Below are positions 45,278 to 54,720 of a stretch of DNA of 64,000 nt, one piece after another. The position numbers were made by a program, and so were the translations under genes. The stretch spans positions 1-64,000 of the IMG/VR virus record IMGVR_UViG_3300037067_009230, one strand, 5' to 3'. How positions within the stretch are numbered: position 1 is the first letter of the stretch; every line of letters begins with the position of its first letter. This DNA is from a virus (lineage: Duplodnaviria > Caudoviricetes). The notes under the pieces are model-generated. The model ran no database searches and was not told the DNA's origin. It worked only from the letters and a program-made list of their open reading frames with translations.

Positions 45278-46344
45278 TACTGTGTATCTTTAAGATCCTG
45301 TAAAAGATTTCTACCTCTTCTACTACTTGTAGGGGCTGCTGGTGGTGGGGTACTTGGTGTACCAGCCCTTCTACCTCTACCAGATGGAGCTGCAACCTCT
45401 TCCTGTATTTGAGTAGGAGCATCAATTGGTGCAGGAGCAGGTGCAGGAGTAGCACCCGGACGTCTACGTGGAGTCGGAGCCTCTTCTGCATCAGTATCCT
45501 TAAATTTATCCTTCAATGCATTCCGTATGTCAGGAAATTCATAATTTGCATCAGAATCAGCAGGAATCTCACAGTCCCCATAGAGATAGTTACCCATTAC
45601 TGCACTCATGTACTCATCCGTAAACATCATGGATTGTGCAATCTCAAAAGGATCTGTTAATTTACCTTCCTGATAAAACTCAATAGGCATTGGCATCTTC
45701 TCAGTTGCAGCTACGGCATACTTGGAATCTCTATCTTCACCTGTTCTAGTAAGAACAATATTCATACCATCAGTAGCACTCATCATCTGTGAATTACCAC
45801 GGGTCTGAGCAATAACATTGATCGCTTTAATAACGGTAAGATTAGCTACCAGAATTTTTACTCTGTTATCAAGAATAAAATTCTTTATTTTTTCAACATC
45901 ATAAGATCTCCCATCTGCACCATAAATTCCTGCGATGTTGTTGTTTGCATCAAGTTCCCAATTAAACTGTAAAACTGGAACCCAATATTCCCATTTAAAC
46001 TGAATAAGTGGGATATTTTTAATGTTCTTTTTATTGAGAAGCAGAGCAAGAGTTTTATCTGTCTTAGACACACGGTCAGCTTCTTTTTTCATATTTTCCA
46101 GAACATCTATTTCTTCTGGGCCAAAGAGTTTCTTTGATATTAGTCTTTTACCATTAACCCACCAAACCGGAACTTCAACGAAATATACACCATCCATAGA
46201 TGGTAAAGGATTTAAAATCCTTGCATCAAGAGGTTTTGTAATCTTACTAACCTGAATCCAATTCTTGTTAGCACCTCCACCTCTCTTTTTTAGTTCTTCT
46301 TCTTTTTCTTTTAATTTACTTAGATCTAACCCTGTGTTACTCAT
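45277..46344 (-). CDS. ssb: Single-stranded DNA-binding protein (gp32-like)
   Basis: 355 aa; G.NI.LTR.G...DSKY.V; acidic/Pro-rich tail; next to the polymerase. Confidence 0.7.
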   Translation of the reverse strand: MSNTGLDLSKLKEKEEELKKRGGGANKNWIQVSKITKPLDARILNPLPSMDGVYFVEVPVWWVNGKRLISKKLFGPEEIDVLENMKKEADRVSKTDKTLALLLNKKNIKNIPLIQFKWEYWVPVLQFNWELDANNNIAGIYGADGRSYDVEKIKNFILDNRVKILVANLTVIKAINVIAQTRGNSQMMSATDGMNIVLTRTGEDRDSKYAVAATEKMPMPIEFYQEGKLTDPFEIAQSMMFTDEYMSAVMGNYLYGDCEIPADSDANYEFPDIRNALKDKFKDTDAEEAPTPRRRPGATPAPAPAPIDAPTQIQEEVAAPSGRGRRAGTPSTPPPAAPTSSRRGRNLLQDLKDTQ

Positions 46345-46403
46345 GTTTAAAATGTTTAATTGTTTTGGACAAAATTGTCATTGATTTTATAGGAACAAAT
46401 ATA

Positions 46404-48878
46404 CTAATTTATTAGATACGGAGATACACTTTTCCAATTTTTTTTACTTGTTTCAAATTCTACTTTTATAGGTAAAGAATCTATTTCTTTATAGAAATAC
46501 TTTTTTAATGGAAGTTTCTCCATCGTTTCCCGAATAATTATTATAGATTCATCTAAGATACTGTCGGGAACATAAAAGTAAATTGCATCATGTATCTCAT
46601 TTACAATCAATATTTTTGGATCTAATCTATTGGACAATAAAGTCAAAGCCCATATTGTTAACTCTCCCCCGGTTCCTTGGATAGGGGAATTTATGGCGTT
46701 ACGTTCGGCATGACTCCTAACACCCTCATTTATACTATCTATGTCTGGAAGATGAACCTTTCTTCCAAAAAAAGTACGCACGTATTTAAATTTTTTACCT
46801 TTCTCTTTATATAACTTATGATAAGTTAAAAGATTTGGGTATTTCTTAAAATAGGCTTCTCTTCTTTTCTTAGCTTCATTAAGTGAAATATTTAAATTAT
46901 ATGTTGTTCTGGCATATTCTCTAAACCCCTCAGGTGAAATCCCATAAATGAACCCAAAATTCTCTGCCTTCGCTTCGAATCGGTACTGCTTATATAAGTC
47001 ATGATCTATTACTTTAAACTCATCCAATGTATACCCATGAGAGTTAGCAGCTGTAATCTCATGAAGATCCTGATTATTTCTGTATGCATCAATCATTGCA
47101 GTTTCTTGTGCATAATGAGCAATAAGTCGTAACTCCATTTGTGAATAATCCGCTGATACAAGTGTGTATCCCTCAGGTACAGTAAATGATTGTTTTACGA
47201 GAGATACTGAATCCTCAACTACTTTATATTTTGTCCGGGTAATAATATTTTGCAGATTAGGTTTATCTGAACTAAGCCTGCCAGTTTTAGCAACGTGCTG
47301 ATTAAAATTAGTATGGATAAAATGATTCTCATCAAGTTTATTAAGGATACTCTCCAAATAAGTACTAACTAATTTCTTTAATTGCCTATAAACCATTAAT
47401 TGTTCAATAAATCCAGATTTATCATTAATAAGACTTAGATTATCTGCCCCAGTTGAATCGTCTGAGTTACCATAATGATTCTCAGGTTTTTTAAAATTAA
47501 AACCTTCTTTTGAAAAGAATAATTCCTTTAACTGATCAGGGCTATTAAAATTAATACTTTGACTTTCAACAGTTATTGTACCTGATTTAAATCCCGATAT
47601 TTGATTCTCTAATTCTGTTATTTTTCTTTGATTATTAGTTTGAGCAGTTTTACTCTTAAATTCTGCATTTTGACACTTTTCCAATTTTGCCACCAAATTA
47701 TTGATAGTGTCTATCCTAAATTGTTCTGTTTTAAACATATCAAATTTTGTAACAGCGGTATGCATTCTCATAATACTTTCTTGATCCTCAATAAGTTCTT
47801 CAACATTACGAATAGATTCTGTAATAAAATCTTTATCTACTAACATCCCCGTCTCCTCCACTTTAAAGAATGCCTTTGTAGCAGCAGCGGTAAGATTCCG
47901 ATACATAAGATAAAGATGATCATCCTTTAAAAGAATATCAGTTAATACCCAATATAATCTAAATGTAAGATCTGAATCCAGTGCATTATATCTGGCCAAA
48001 TCATTTAAAGGTATATTAGCCCAATCTTTTGTAATAGCCTTTTCATAATTAGCAAACCGTGGAAAAAAGTCACGTACTATATCTTTTAATTTATGTGATA
48101 AATTCTCATCATAGAGTTGATGCATTAGCATAGTATCATGAAATGGTCCTCTAAATTCGGTTACACCACACCATGCCAAACAATGCATATCAAATTTAAT
48201 ATGATGACCCACTTTAGTTATATTCGGATTACCAAATACCCTTTTATTTAACTCATGAAAAATAAATTTTATTTGGGTATCACTAAAAGGACTTTCCTTA
48301 TGATATAAAGGTATCACATAACTGGAACCCTGCTGAAAACTAATAGATAAGGAAGTGCAATAAAAGTCCGGATCAAATGTACCCATATCAGTAAGTTCAG
48401 TAGTCTCAAAATCAAAGCAGCAATAACCCGTTTGTTTTATATAAAGTATAAGTTCGGCCAATGTTACCATATCTGTCACAACCTTATACTGATTTTCTAC
48501 TTCCTCCTTCTTTATACCCATAGAGATATGATAAGCTACAAGCATATCCTCGGCAAATTTTCTAAGATAATTAGGATTATGATCTATAAATCCGGGAGAA
48601 ACTATTGGAACTACCGGTATTCCAGATGGTGCGGTTTGAACAGTCCCTGCATATTTAGTAATGCCATGTAGGTTTGCTATGTAATTAAGGGATTTTTCCC
48701 CAATAGGAACAATCACATCCGCTTCTGTAATCTTAAGAAGGGGATTTAAATCTACTATCTGAACATTGGCCGGATCTATCTTAACTACATCATACATCAC
48801 ACTCTCAAGTAATTTATAACTTGCAGAGCCGGGATATAATGTCTTTTCCTTAATTAGAACTATCTTTCCGTCTTGCAT
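46404..48878 (-). CDS. polA: Family A DNA polymerase with N-terminal UDG-like and 3'-5' exonuclease domains
   Basis: DFETT, GHHIKFD, YNALD exonuclease motifs; TGRLSS..PNLQNI, ADYSQMELR, AK..NFG..YG, NEIHDAI. Confidence 0.95.
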   Translation of the reverse strand: MQDGKIVLIKEKTLYPGSASYKLLESVMYDVVKIDPANVQIVDLNPLLKITEADVIVPIGEKSLNYIANLHGITKYAGTVQTAPSGIPVVPIVSPGFIDHNPNYLRKFAEDMLVAYHISMGIKKEEVENQYKVVTDMVTLAELILYIKQTGYCCFDFETTELTDMGTFDPDFYCTSLSISFQQGSSYVIPLYHKESPFSDTQIKFIFHELNKRVFGNPNITKVGHHIKFDMHCLAWCGVTEFRGPFHDTMLMHQLYDENLSHKLKDIVRDFFPRFANYEKAITKDWANIPLNDLARYNALDSDLTFRLYWVLTDILLKDDHLYLMYRNLTAAATKAFFKVEETGMLVDKDFITESIRNVEELIEDQESIMRMHTAVTKFDMFKTEQFRIDTINNLVAKLEKCQNAEFKSKTAQTNNQRKITELENQISGFKSGTITVESQSINFNSPDQLKELFFSKEGFNFKKPENHYGNSDDSTGADNLSLINDKSGFIEQLMVYRQLKKLVSTYLESILNKLDENHFIHTNFNQHVAKTGRLSSDKPNLQNIITRTKYKVVEDSVSLVKQSFTVPEGYTLVSADYSQMELRLIAHYAQETAMIDAYRNNQDLHEITAANSHGYTLDEFKVIDHDLYKQYRFEAKAENFGFIYGISPEGFREYARTTYNLNISLNEAKKRREAYFKKYPNLLTYHKLYKEKGKKFKYVRTFFGRKVHLPDIDSINEGVRSHAERNAINSPIQGTGGELTIWALTLLSNRLDPKILIVNEIHDAIYFYVPDSILDESIIIIRETMEKLPLKKYFYKEIDSLPIKVEFETSKKNWKSVSPYLIN

Positions 48879-49299
48879 ATACTTTTCCCTCCTTAAGAAT
48901 TAAATTAGTTGTAGGTATTGTTCTTTTAAGATATTCAATAACAGCTATATCATCTTTAGTACGAGCCAAATCAGATACAGCATCAACAAGTTCCTGAAAT
49001 AATAACGGCTCTCCTTCCTCTTCATATTTTATGGCTAATTCTTCAATTTTAGCCATATTAACAGAATCAAAATCAGTTTGATCCAACAAAGGACCATGCT
49101 TTTGTTCAAAGTCTGTTTTCTTCTTTTGAATAATTCCCTGAAACTTTATACCACATATCTCTATGTCGGCACATATTGAACAATCTTTATCCTGAGGATT
49201 ATAAAATTCTGTTCCAAAACAATCCCCAGCCGACCCATCCAGTATAGTTACTGGTTTTAAGAGGTCTACTTTCTGCTTCGTTTCCTTTGGCTTTCTCAT
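48850..49299 (-). CDS. Hypothetical protein with Cys cluster
   Basis: DCFG...C..CAD..IC. Confidence 0.7.
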   Translation of the reverse strand: MRKPKETKQKVDLLKPVTILDGSAGDCFGTEFYNPQDKDCSICADIEICGIKFQGIIQKKKTDFEQKHGPLLDQTDFDSVNMAKIEELAIKYEEEGEPLLFQELVDAVSDLARTKDDIAVIEYLKRTIPTTNLILKEGKVYARRKDSSN

Positions 49300-49303
49300 A
49301 ATT

Positions 49304-50785
49304 TTAATTTATTATAACATTTCTCATACGCTTAACATCTTTAATATCAAAATGATAAATAATCTCTAACTCTTCTGCTTTATATAAATTTATACGTTCT
49401 ATGGAGTGCTTTTGTACAAACCTACCAATGTCATAAAAATCATGAAATTCTACTTCACTCTTAGATTCATGGATTCTTTCTCCCCTGCCCATCCATTGCT
49501 TAATATAAGACTTTGATTTACCTCCGGCAGCGTTGATAATGGTAGATATTCTAGGTAAATTTACTCCCTCTTTTATGACACCTGTAGAAATAAGTACATC
49601 AATCTCATTATCCCTAAATGCATCAATCTTGGTAAATATTTCTTTATCTTTTGAGTGTGTAAGTTCAGTAATAAGCCCCTGTTGTTTAAGATATTTACAG
49701 ATAAGATCCCCCTGCTCTGTTTTTTCTACTGCAACTAATATAGGACCTGTAGACAAACGACCTTTAATAATTTCGTACATTAAAGACATCCTCTCTATGG
49801 ATTCCATTATCAATTTATGGATACAATCATCATAATCAACTACTGGGTCATATAAAATTGTATTACATAAATGCATGTGTACTTTAATTGGGGTACTTAT
49901 GCCTCTATCCATAAGATATCTTTTTGATACTTTAATAAGTTTTGGGCCCGATAAACCAACCTTAACCATATTCGCTACAATATCATCAGAATCAAAAGCA
50001 GACCCAGAAAGAAATAATCGTACAGAAGCTGGACAATGAACTAATACTTTGGAATACATATCGCTTCCGGCTCTGTGGGCTTCATCGACTGCTAAAACAG
50101 TGAAACTATTTAAATCTTTTATAAAATTAAGATCCTCAATACGATTATACATAGTCTGAATCATAGCTACCGTAATTGGCTTAATGATATAATTCTTATC
50201 ATTAATCTGTCCAATCTCTGTAAATACAGATTCAAAATATTTAACCAAGTCTCGATAGATAGTTTTCCTATGGATAACAATAAGCATCCTTTCTTCTGTT
50301 TTCAAGTTCAGATAAACCCCCACCATAACAGCAGTTTTTCCGGCATTCGTAGCTGCATCTGCCACACCTCTTGGAAAATATATACTTGTACCTCTGAACT
50401 TTATATAATTATTAAATGATTCAATTATATGCTTTTGATGGATGTACTGCTCATTAATTTCCTGAGAACCTATCTTTGATACAAACTCCGATTTAAATTG
50501 GGGTATATTCTGTCTTAGGTCGTTAATTGTGACTTCAAGGGTAGGGTACTCTTCATCAATAAACTTAAGAAATACAGGCAAAAACCCGGTAGCCATAGCC
50601 CCCCGCTTAGTGAGAAAATATTTCATCCCATCCCAGTGAAACTTTAAAGCCTTAGCAGCAAAGAAACTACCCGGAACTTTGACTGACATATACTCCCTAC
50701 AATGCTCCAATAAATTAGGATCAACTAAATTATCCTTACCACCTATGGTAATCTGACATTTTATGTTCTCAATCGATATAATCAT
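49304..50785 (-). CDS. SF2 (UvsW-like) helicase
   Basis: ATNAGKT, VDEAH, SGS, EG.NLP, Q..GRG.R. Confidence 0.9.
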   Translation of the reverse strand: MIISIENIKCQITIGGKDNLVDPNLLEHCREYMSVKVPGSFFAAKALKFHWDGMKYFLTKRGAMATGFLPVFLKFIDEEYPTLEVTINDLRQNIPQFKSEFVSKIGSQEINEQYIHQKHIIESFNNYIKFRGTSIYFPRGVADAATNAGKTAVMVGVYLNLKTEERMLIVIHRKTIYRDLVKYFESVFTEIGQINDKNYIIKPITVAMIQTMYNRIEDLNFIKDLNSFTVLAVDEAHRAGSDMYSKVLVHCPASVRLFLSGSAFDSDDIVANMVKVGLSGPKLIKVSKRYLMDRGISTPIKVHMHLCNTILYDPVVDYDDCIHKLIMESIERMSLMYEIIKGRLSTGPILVAVEKTEQGDLICKYLKQQGLITELTHSKDKEIFTKIDAFRDNEIDVLISTGVIKEGVNLPRISTIINAAGGKSKSYIKQWMGRGERIHESKSEVEFHDFYDIGRFVQKHSIERINLYKAEELEIIYHFDIKDVKRMRNVIIN

Positions 50786-51203
50786 AATCTTCGCATCCCA
50801 CTTCTTTTAAACCGGTTACAAATTTATTATAAGCTATCTTATCGTGCTTTTTTCTATATTCCATAATCTGGGGAAGATCTTTGAAATTCTTAATAGATTC
50901 AAAATCCCTGTCATCTAATTTCTCATGGCAACCTTTATGGTCTCCAAAATTTTGACAACGTAATTTAAAATTTTCTGGGTCTGTTTCTAAATCCACTCTT
51001 TGTCCTACCGGAATATTATGGCTGTGACCAAAGGAACCCTGACCACTAATACCACAACTGGAACAAAATAAATAGTCAAACTCATCTATTAATTGCTGAT
51101 CCTGTTCCTTACGAGCTTTTAAATACTCAGCCTTGTGGCGTGCGCGTTTTGAATTTAACCTCTTTATAGGGTATCTCTTTTTTACTTTTGATTGCTTTAT
51201 CAT
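50769..51203 (-). CDS. HNH/NinG-like nuclease
   Basis: C..CG...HSH...NF..RC.....CH. Confidence 0.65.
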   Translation of the reverse strand: MIKQSKVKKRYPIKRLNSKRARHKAEYLKARKEQDQQLIDEFDYLFCSSCGISGQGSFGHSHNIPVGQRVDLETDPENFKLRCQNFGDHKGCHEKLDDRDFESIKNFKDLPQIMEYRKKHDKIAYNKFVTGLKEVGCEDYDYID

Positions 51204-51975
51204 ATCCTGCGTCTTGTTGTGTTTCTTTGCCTGTATATATTTTATAATTTAATTTTGCATTATCCCCATGTAATTGAGAAAATTCAGGAACACTCTTAAG
51301 ATAACCCCACTTTTCAAACTGGGCATTCATCCAATCATCATAATCAGCCTTTAAATCTTCTGCATCCTGCTTAGCATATAATAAATGTATATACTTATCA
51401 GAATTTAATACTATCTCTGAGTTAACCCCGGCATATTTTTTCATAGCCTCTATCCAACAATTATGCATCTTCTTGGTTAATTCCGGAGTTGGATCATCAT
51501 TAATTGTATTTATATTCTGATATGTAGAAGATATCCAATCAGCAGAGGCCTTTAACCGGTATAAACTATACTTCTTATTTAACAATTTAACGCCTAACTG
51601 AATATATTGCTTGAAACCTGTTTCATAAGGAACATTGTATAAAGTGCAAAAATCCACAGCTTGTCGGGTAATCTCCTTAAGAGTTAAATATTGTGGATCT
51701 TTTTTATGTATTGGAAGAACTTTTATATTATTCTCCATCATTACAATATTATATATACCATTAAAAGTATCTACCCATTCAGATTCAGTATCAATAACCC
51801 TCTCTGCTTTTTTTCGGGAATTAGATGGTAAAACCACATTAATACGATTCCTAATAGAATATTTCATGGCTGCTCGCATAATATCATTAATCCTTGCAGC
51901 AGTCACATCTAAAAACATGCTTTCAAGTACTTTAACTAAATCTGATCTTTTTATATGAATCGAAGGGTCTCTCAT
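51127..51975 (-). CDS. Hypothetical replication-associated protein
   Basis: 282-aa ORF between primase and HNH genes. Confidence 0.7.
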   Translation of the reverse strand: MRDPSIHIKRSDLVKVLESMFLDVTAARINDIMRAAMKYSIRNRINVVLPSNSRKKAERVIDTESEWVDTFNGIYNIVMMENNIKVLPIHKKDPQYLTLKEITRQAVDFCTLYNVPYETGFKQYIQLGVKLLNKKYSLYRLKASADWISSTYQNINTINDDPTPELTKKMHNCWIEAMKKYAGVNSEIVLNSDKYIHLLYAKQDAEDLKADYDDWMNAQFEKWGYLKSVPEFSQLHGDNAKLNYKIYTGKETQQDAGYDKAIKSKKEIPYKEVKFKTRTPQG

Positions 51976-52970
51976 GCTTTTACTGATTTTAAATCATTCA
52001 TTTCTTTATATAAAAAACTCATATCTACCCACGGAGTATTTTTTTCTACTTCAAATACTATATCCTTACCTATCTCATTAACATCTTTTCCAAGACCCTC
52101 TTTCTGACAAGAAGTAAGATTCAATACTTTTATTTTTTTCGTATTACCTTTAACAGAAAACAGTTCATACCCCATGTCTAATCCATTTGCATAAAAACCC
52201 GCATCTGGAATAATAATTAATTCCTTAATAGGGCTATTAATAACAATATTCCTTTGTATTACACTCCATATAGAACCTTGCATGGAAGAACCCCTTTCTC
52301 CTATTGTAGCAGCACACGCCCAACCTTCTGTTAGATATACTTTATCTTGTAGTAAAAAAGCTTCCTCATTAAAAAATACTTCCCCCTTTCCTACACCAAC
52401 TTTTCCTTTATCCGGATTTTTATACCTTTCAAAATTACCAATAAAATCCCTGCCTATAAAATAGGTTAATATACCATGACGTTTAAATGGGATAATAATG
52501 TATCCGAAATAGTTATCCTTTGGGTTGTCTGCAAGCTCATCACAATAACCCACCCCGATTCTATCAAGATAATTTAAATCAAATCCACGACCACGGAGAT
52601 AATTTCTGGCTCTGTTTGCCAAAACAGTAGATCCTGAAAGGATAGGTTTATATCCTATAGGTAAAAATAATTTTATATCTTTGGTGATTCTTTTTATAGA
52701 CTGAGGAATTTTAATAATCCCTGTCTCCATAGAATCTATTAACTCACGGGTTTCAAAGTAACTAATATCATGGTAAATCTGTATTATATCCAGTAAAAAC
52801 CTGTTACGATAACAACCCCTCCAACATTTACCAATCAAATAATCAAAATGAACAGCTAATTTATGTTTACCACATACAGGACAGGTACATTGATACCACC
52901 CATTAGAACTATGTTCTATGGGACCATGAAACTTTTCAAAATAAGCATACAATTTGTCCCGATCTATCAT
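51972..52970 (-). CDS. dnaG: DNA primase (zinc-binding + TOPRIM)
   Basis: CPVC...H..C...C zinc domain; YL..RG; TEG; IPD TOPRIM region. Confidence 0.85.
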   Translation of the reverse strand: MIDRDKLYAYFEKFHGPIEHSSNGWYQCTCPVCGKHKLAVHFDYLIGKCWRGCYRNRFLLDIIQIYHDISYFETRELIDSMETGIIKIPQSIKRITKDIKLFLPIGYKPILSGSTVLANRARNYLRGRGFDLNYLDRIGVGYCDELADNPKDNYFGYIIIPFKRHGILTYFIGRDFIGNFERYKNPDKGKVGVGKGEVFFNEEAFLLQDKVYLTEGWACAATIGERGSSMQGSIWSVIQRNIVINSPIKELIIIPDAGFYANGLDMGYELFSVKGNTKKIKVLNLTSCQKEGLGKDVNEIGKDIVFEVEKNTPWVDMSFLYKEMNDLKSVKA

Positions 52971-52981
52971 ATTAGTATAAT

Positions 52982-54307
52982 TTAATCATCCGTTGCATCC
53001 GAATTATATTCATCTTTACAAACCTCTTTTACTTCCATTATCTTCTCATCAACATGAATTAAACACTCAACACCCTGCTTGAATCGTACACCCTCCCTTT
53101 GACATACAGGTACAATTCTCCTAAATCCTTCCTCTATCTCTGTATCTGTTGCACAAATAGCAAAAACACCATGTGCATTCATCGCTTTCCCAAAATCCTC
53201 TGCAAGATCACCCATATCAAAAACCTTCTTCCCAATAGCTTTTCTATTAACCTGTGAGGGAGCTATGGCAAATGTTCCAAGTTTCTTATTTAAATTGATA
53301 GCTTCATCATATACTAATTGAATCCTGATTCGGGTATCTCGTTTCTGATCTAATACATTTGAAGGGATAAATTTATCAATGGTATCATAAATTATAATAT
53401 CTGGCATCCAGCTATTTTTTTCCTTTAAATAAGTTAATCGTGCCTCAACGTCAGTCATACTTTTTGAATAAGCCGGATAAGTATCAATAAAAATATCCCC
53501 CCTCATAAAATGCCCAAACTTATATAAAATCTCATCTAATTCTTCCTGTACACTTGACTCATAAAGCTCATGGAGCTCACAGTTCATTAAAGCCATTTTA
53601 AGCCTATTTCTAATACTGGTAGCACCATTTTCATTGTCTGCATAATATACTTTTGCACCTCCTCTGGCAAATTCTAAAGCTATTTTTAAAATTATACCCG
53701 TCTTAAAATGCTTAGGCCCTGATAAGAAAATAATCAATTGGGGAGAATAGAAACCCCCCGCAGCTGTCATATCATTAAGATCTTCAAGAAAGGTGGGAAG
53801 TCCCTGAATCCGTTCATCCTTATGTTTATATCTATCCTCAACTAAAAATCCTCCATCCTCATGAGCAGTTACACCAACAGATTTAACAAGTGATGAGAGT
53901 TTATCAACTTTCTCGAATACTTGATTTACACTTAATCGTTTTGCAGCATAATCCATGAAGGTATCCTGCAAACTCTTTTGCTGTATCTCAACAATAATAG
54001 TATCTTCTATTTTCCGTATATCCCCATCAGGAATAGAAAGATATATATCCTCAAAGTTATCTCTCAAACTTTGACTCATACCCTCCGTCAGATCTGGTGT
54101 AATCTGAATCTGCTCCTCTAAAAATTGTTTAGCTGTAACCTTAGATGGTAATGATCTGTATAACTTATAGTATTTTTTTAGAATTTGAATAGATAATTTA
54201 TCTTCTATCAGGTCAAAAAAATCTTCCCCCAGATCATTTAAATAAATTTCCCCATTAGGACATTGCACCAGATACTGTAAAACTAACAGTTTATAGTCTG
54301 ATATCAT
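52982..54307 (-). CDS. dnaB: DnaB-like replicative helicase
   Basis: GPKHFKT P-loop, IIYD, SQVNR, AEDFGK. Confidence 0.85.
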   Translation of the reverse strand: MISDYKLLVLQYLVQCPNGEIYLNDLGEDFFDLIEDKLSIQILKKYYKLYRSLPSKVTAKQFLEEQIQITPDLTEGMSQSLRDNFEDIYLSIPDGDIRKIEDTIIVEIQQKSLQDTFMDYAAKRLSVNQVFEKVDKLSSLVKSVGVTAHEDGGFLVEDRYKHKDERIQGLPTFLEDLNDMTAAGGFYSPQLIIFLSGPKHFKTGIILKIALEFARGGAKVYYADNENGATSIRNRLKMALMNCELHELYESSVQEELDEILYKFGHFMRGDIFIDTYPAYSKSMTDVEARLTYLKEKNSWMPDIIIYDTIDKFIPSNVLDQKRDTRIRIQLVYDEAINLNKKLGTFAIAPSQVNRKAIGKKVFDMGDLAEDFGKAMNAHGVFAICATDTEIEEGFRRIVPVCQREGVRFKQGVECLIHVDEKIMEVKEVCKDEYNSDATDD

Positions 54308-54309
54308 CC

Positions 54310-54654
54310 CTATTCTTTTTCCTTATCGCCTATTTCTGATTCCATATAATTCCAAACACGACCAACTATCAGAGGATTAGGATGTTCTCCTATAATTTTC
54401 TTAATTGTACTAAGTTCATTAATAGTTAAATCAACATCCCCATTTGCTTTTTTGATCTTTTCAGCCAGTAAGAAACGATTATAACGTTCTATATCGGTAC
54501 ACGTAGCATCCTCTTTAGTTAGGTTTCCCATAACTACCTCATCAAGAAAAATAGGTACCTCAATCTCTTTTTTATCACCATCCAAATCAATTCGTTTAAT
54601 CTGTTGACCATTCAAATTATACAATCCCTGCTTCTTAAAGTTAATTGTTGCCAT
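54310..54654 (-). CDS. Hypothetical protein, tail-fibre-associated type
   Basis: LAEKI....DVDLT..EL..IK......PL.VGR pattern. Confidence 0.6.
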   Translation of the reverse strand: MATINFKKQGLYNLNGQQIKRIDLDGDKKEIEVPIFLDEVVMGNLTKEDATCTDIERYNRFLLAEKIKKANGDVDLTINELSTIKKIIGEHPNPLIVGRVWNYMESEIGDKEKE

Positions 54655-54684
54655 AATCCTAATTTTTTAGTATTTTAATATATA

Positions 54685-54715
54685 CAAAGATAGATAAATC
54701 TTTTGAATTCCCAAA
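54685..54715 (-). promoter_or_regulatory. -33/-7 promoter for the replication module
   Basis: TTTG-19 nt-TATCTTTG on the minus strand. Confidence 0.7.
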
Positions 54716-54720
54716 CTTAT

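Noticed and set aside
45258-45660. ORFs 45258..45491(-) and 45409..45660(+)
   Set aside because: Alternative frames of the Pro/Ala-rich SSB tail.
16221-48878. Inteins or group I introns in TerL, helicases or PolA
   Set aside because: No splice-junction motifs or frame interruptions; lengths are explained by normal domains.
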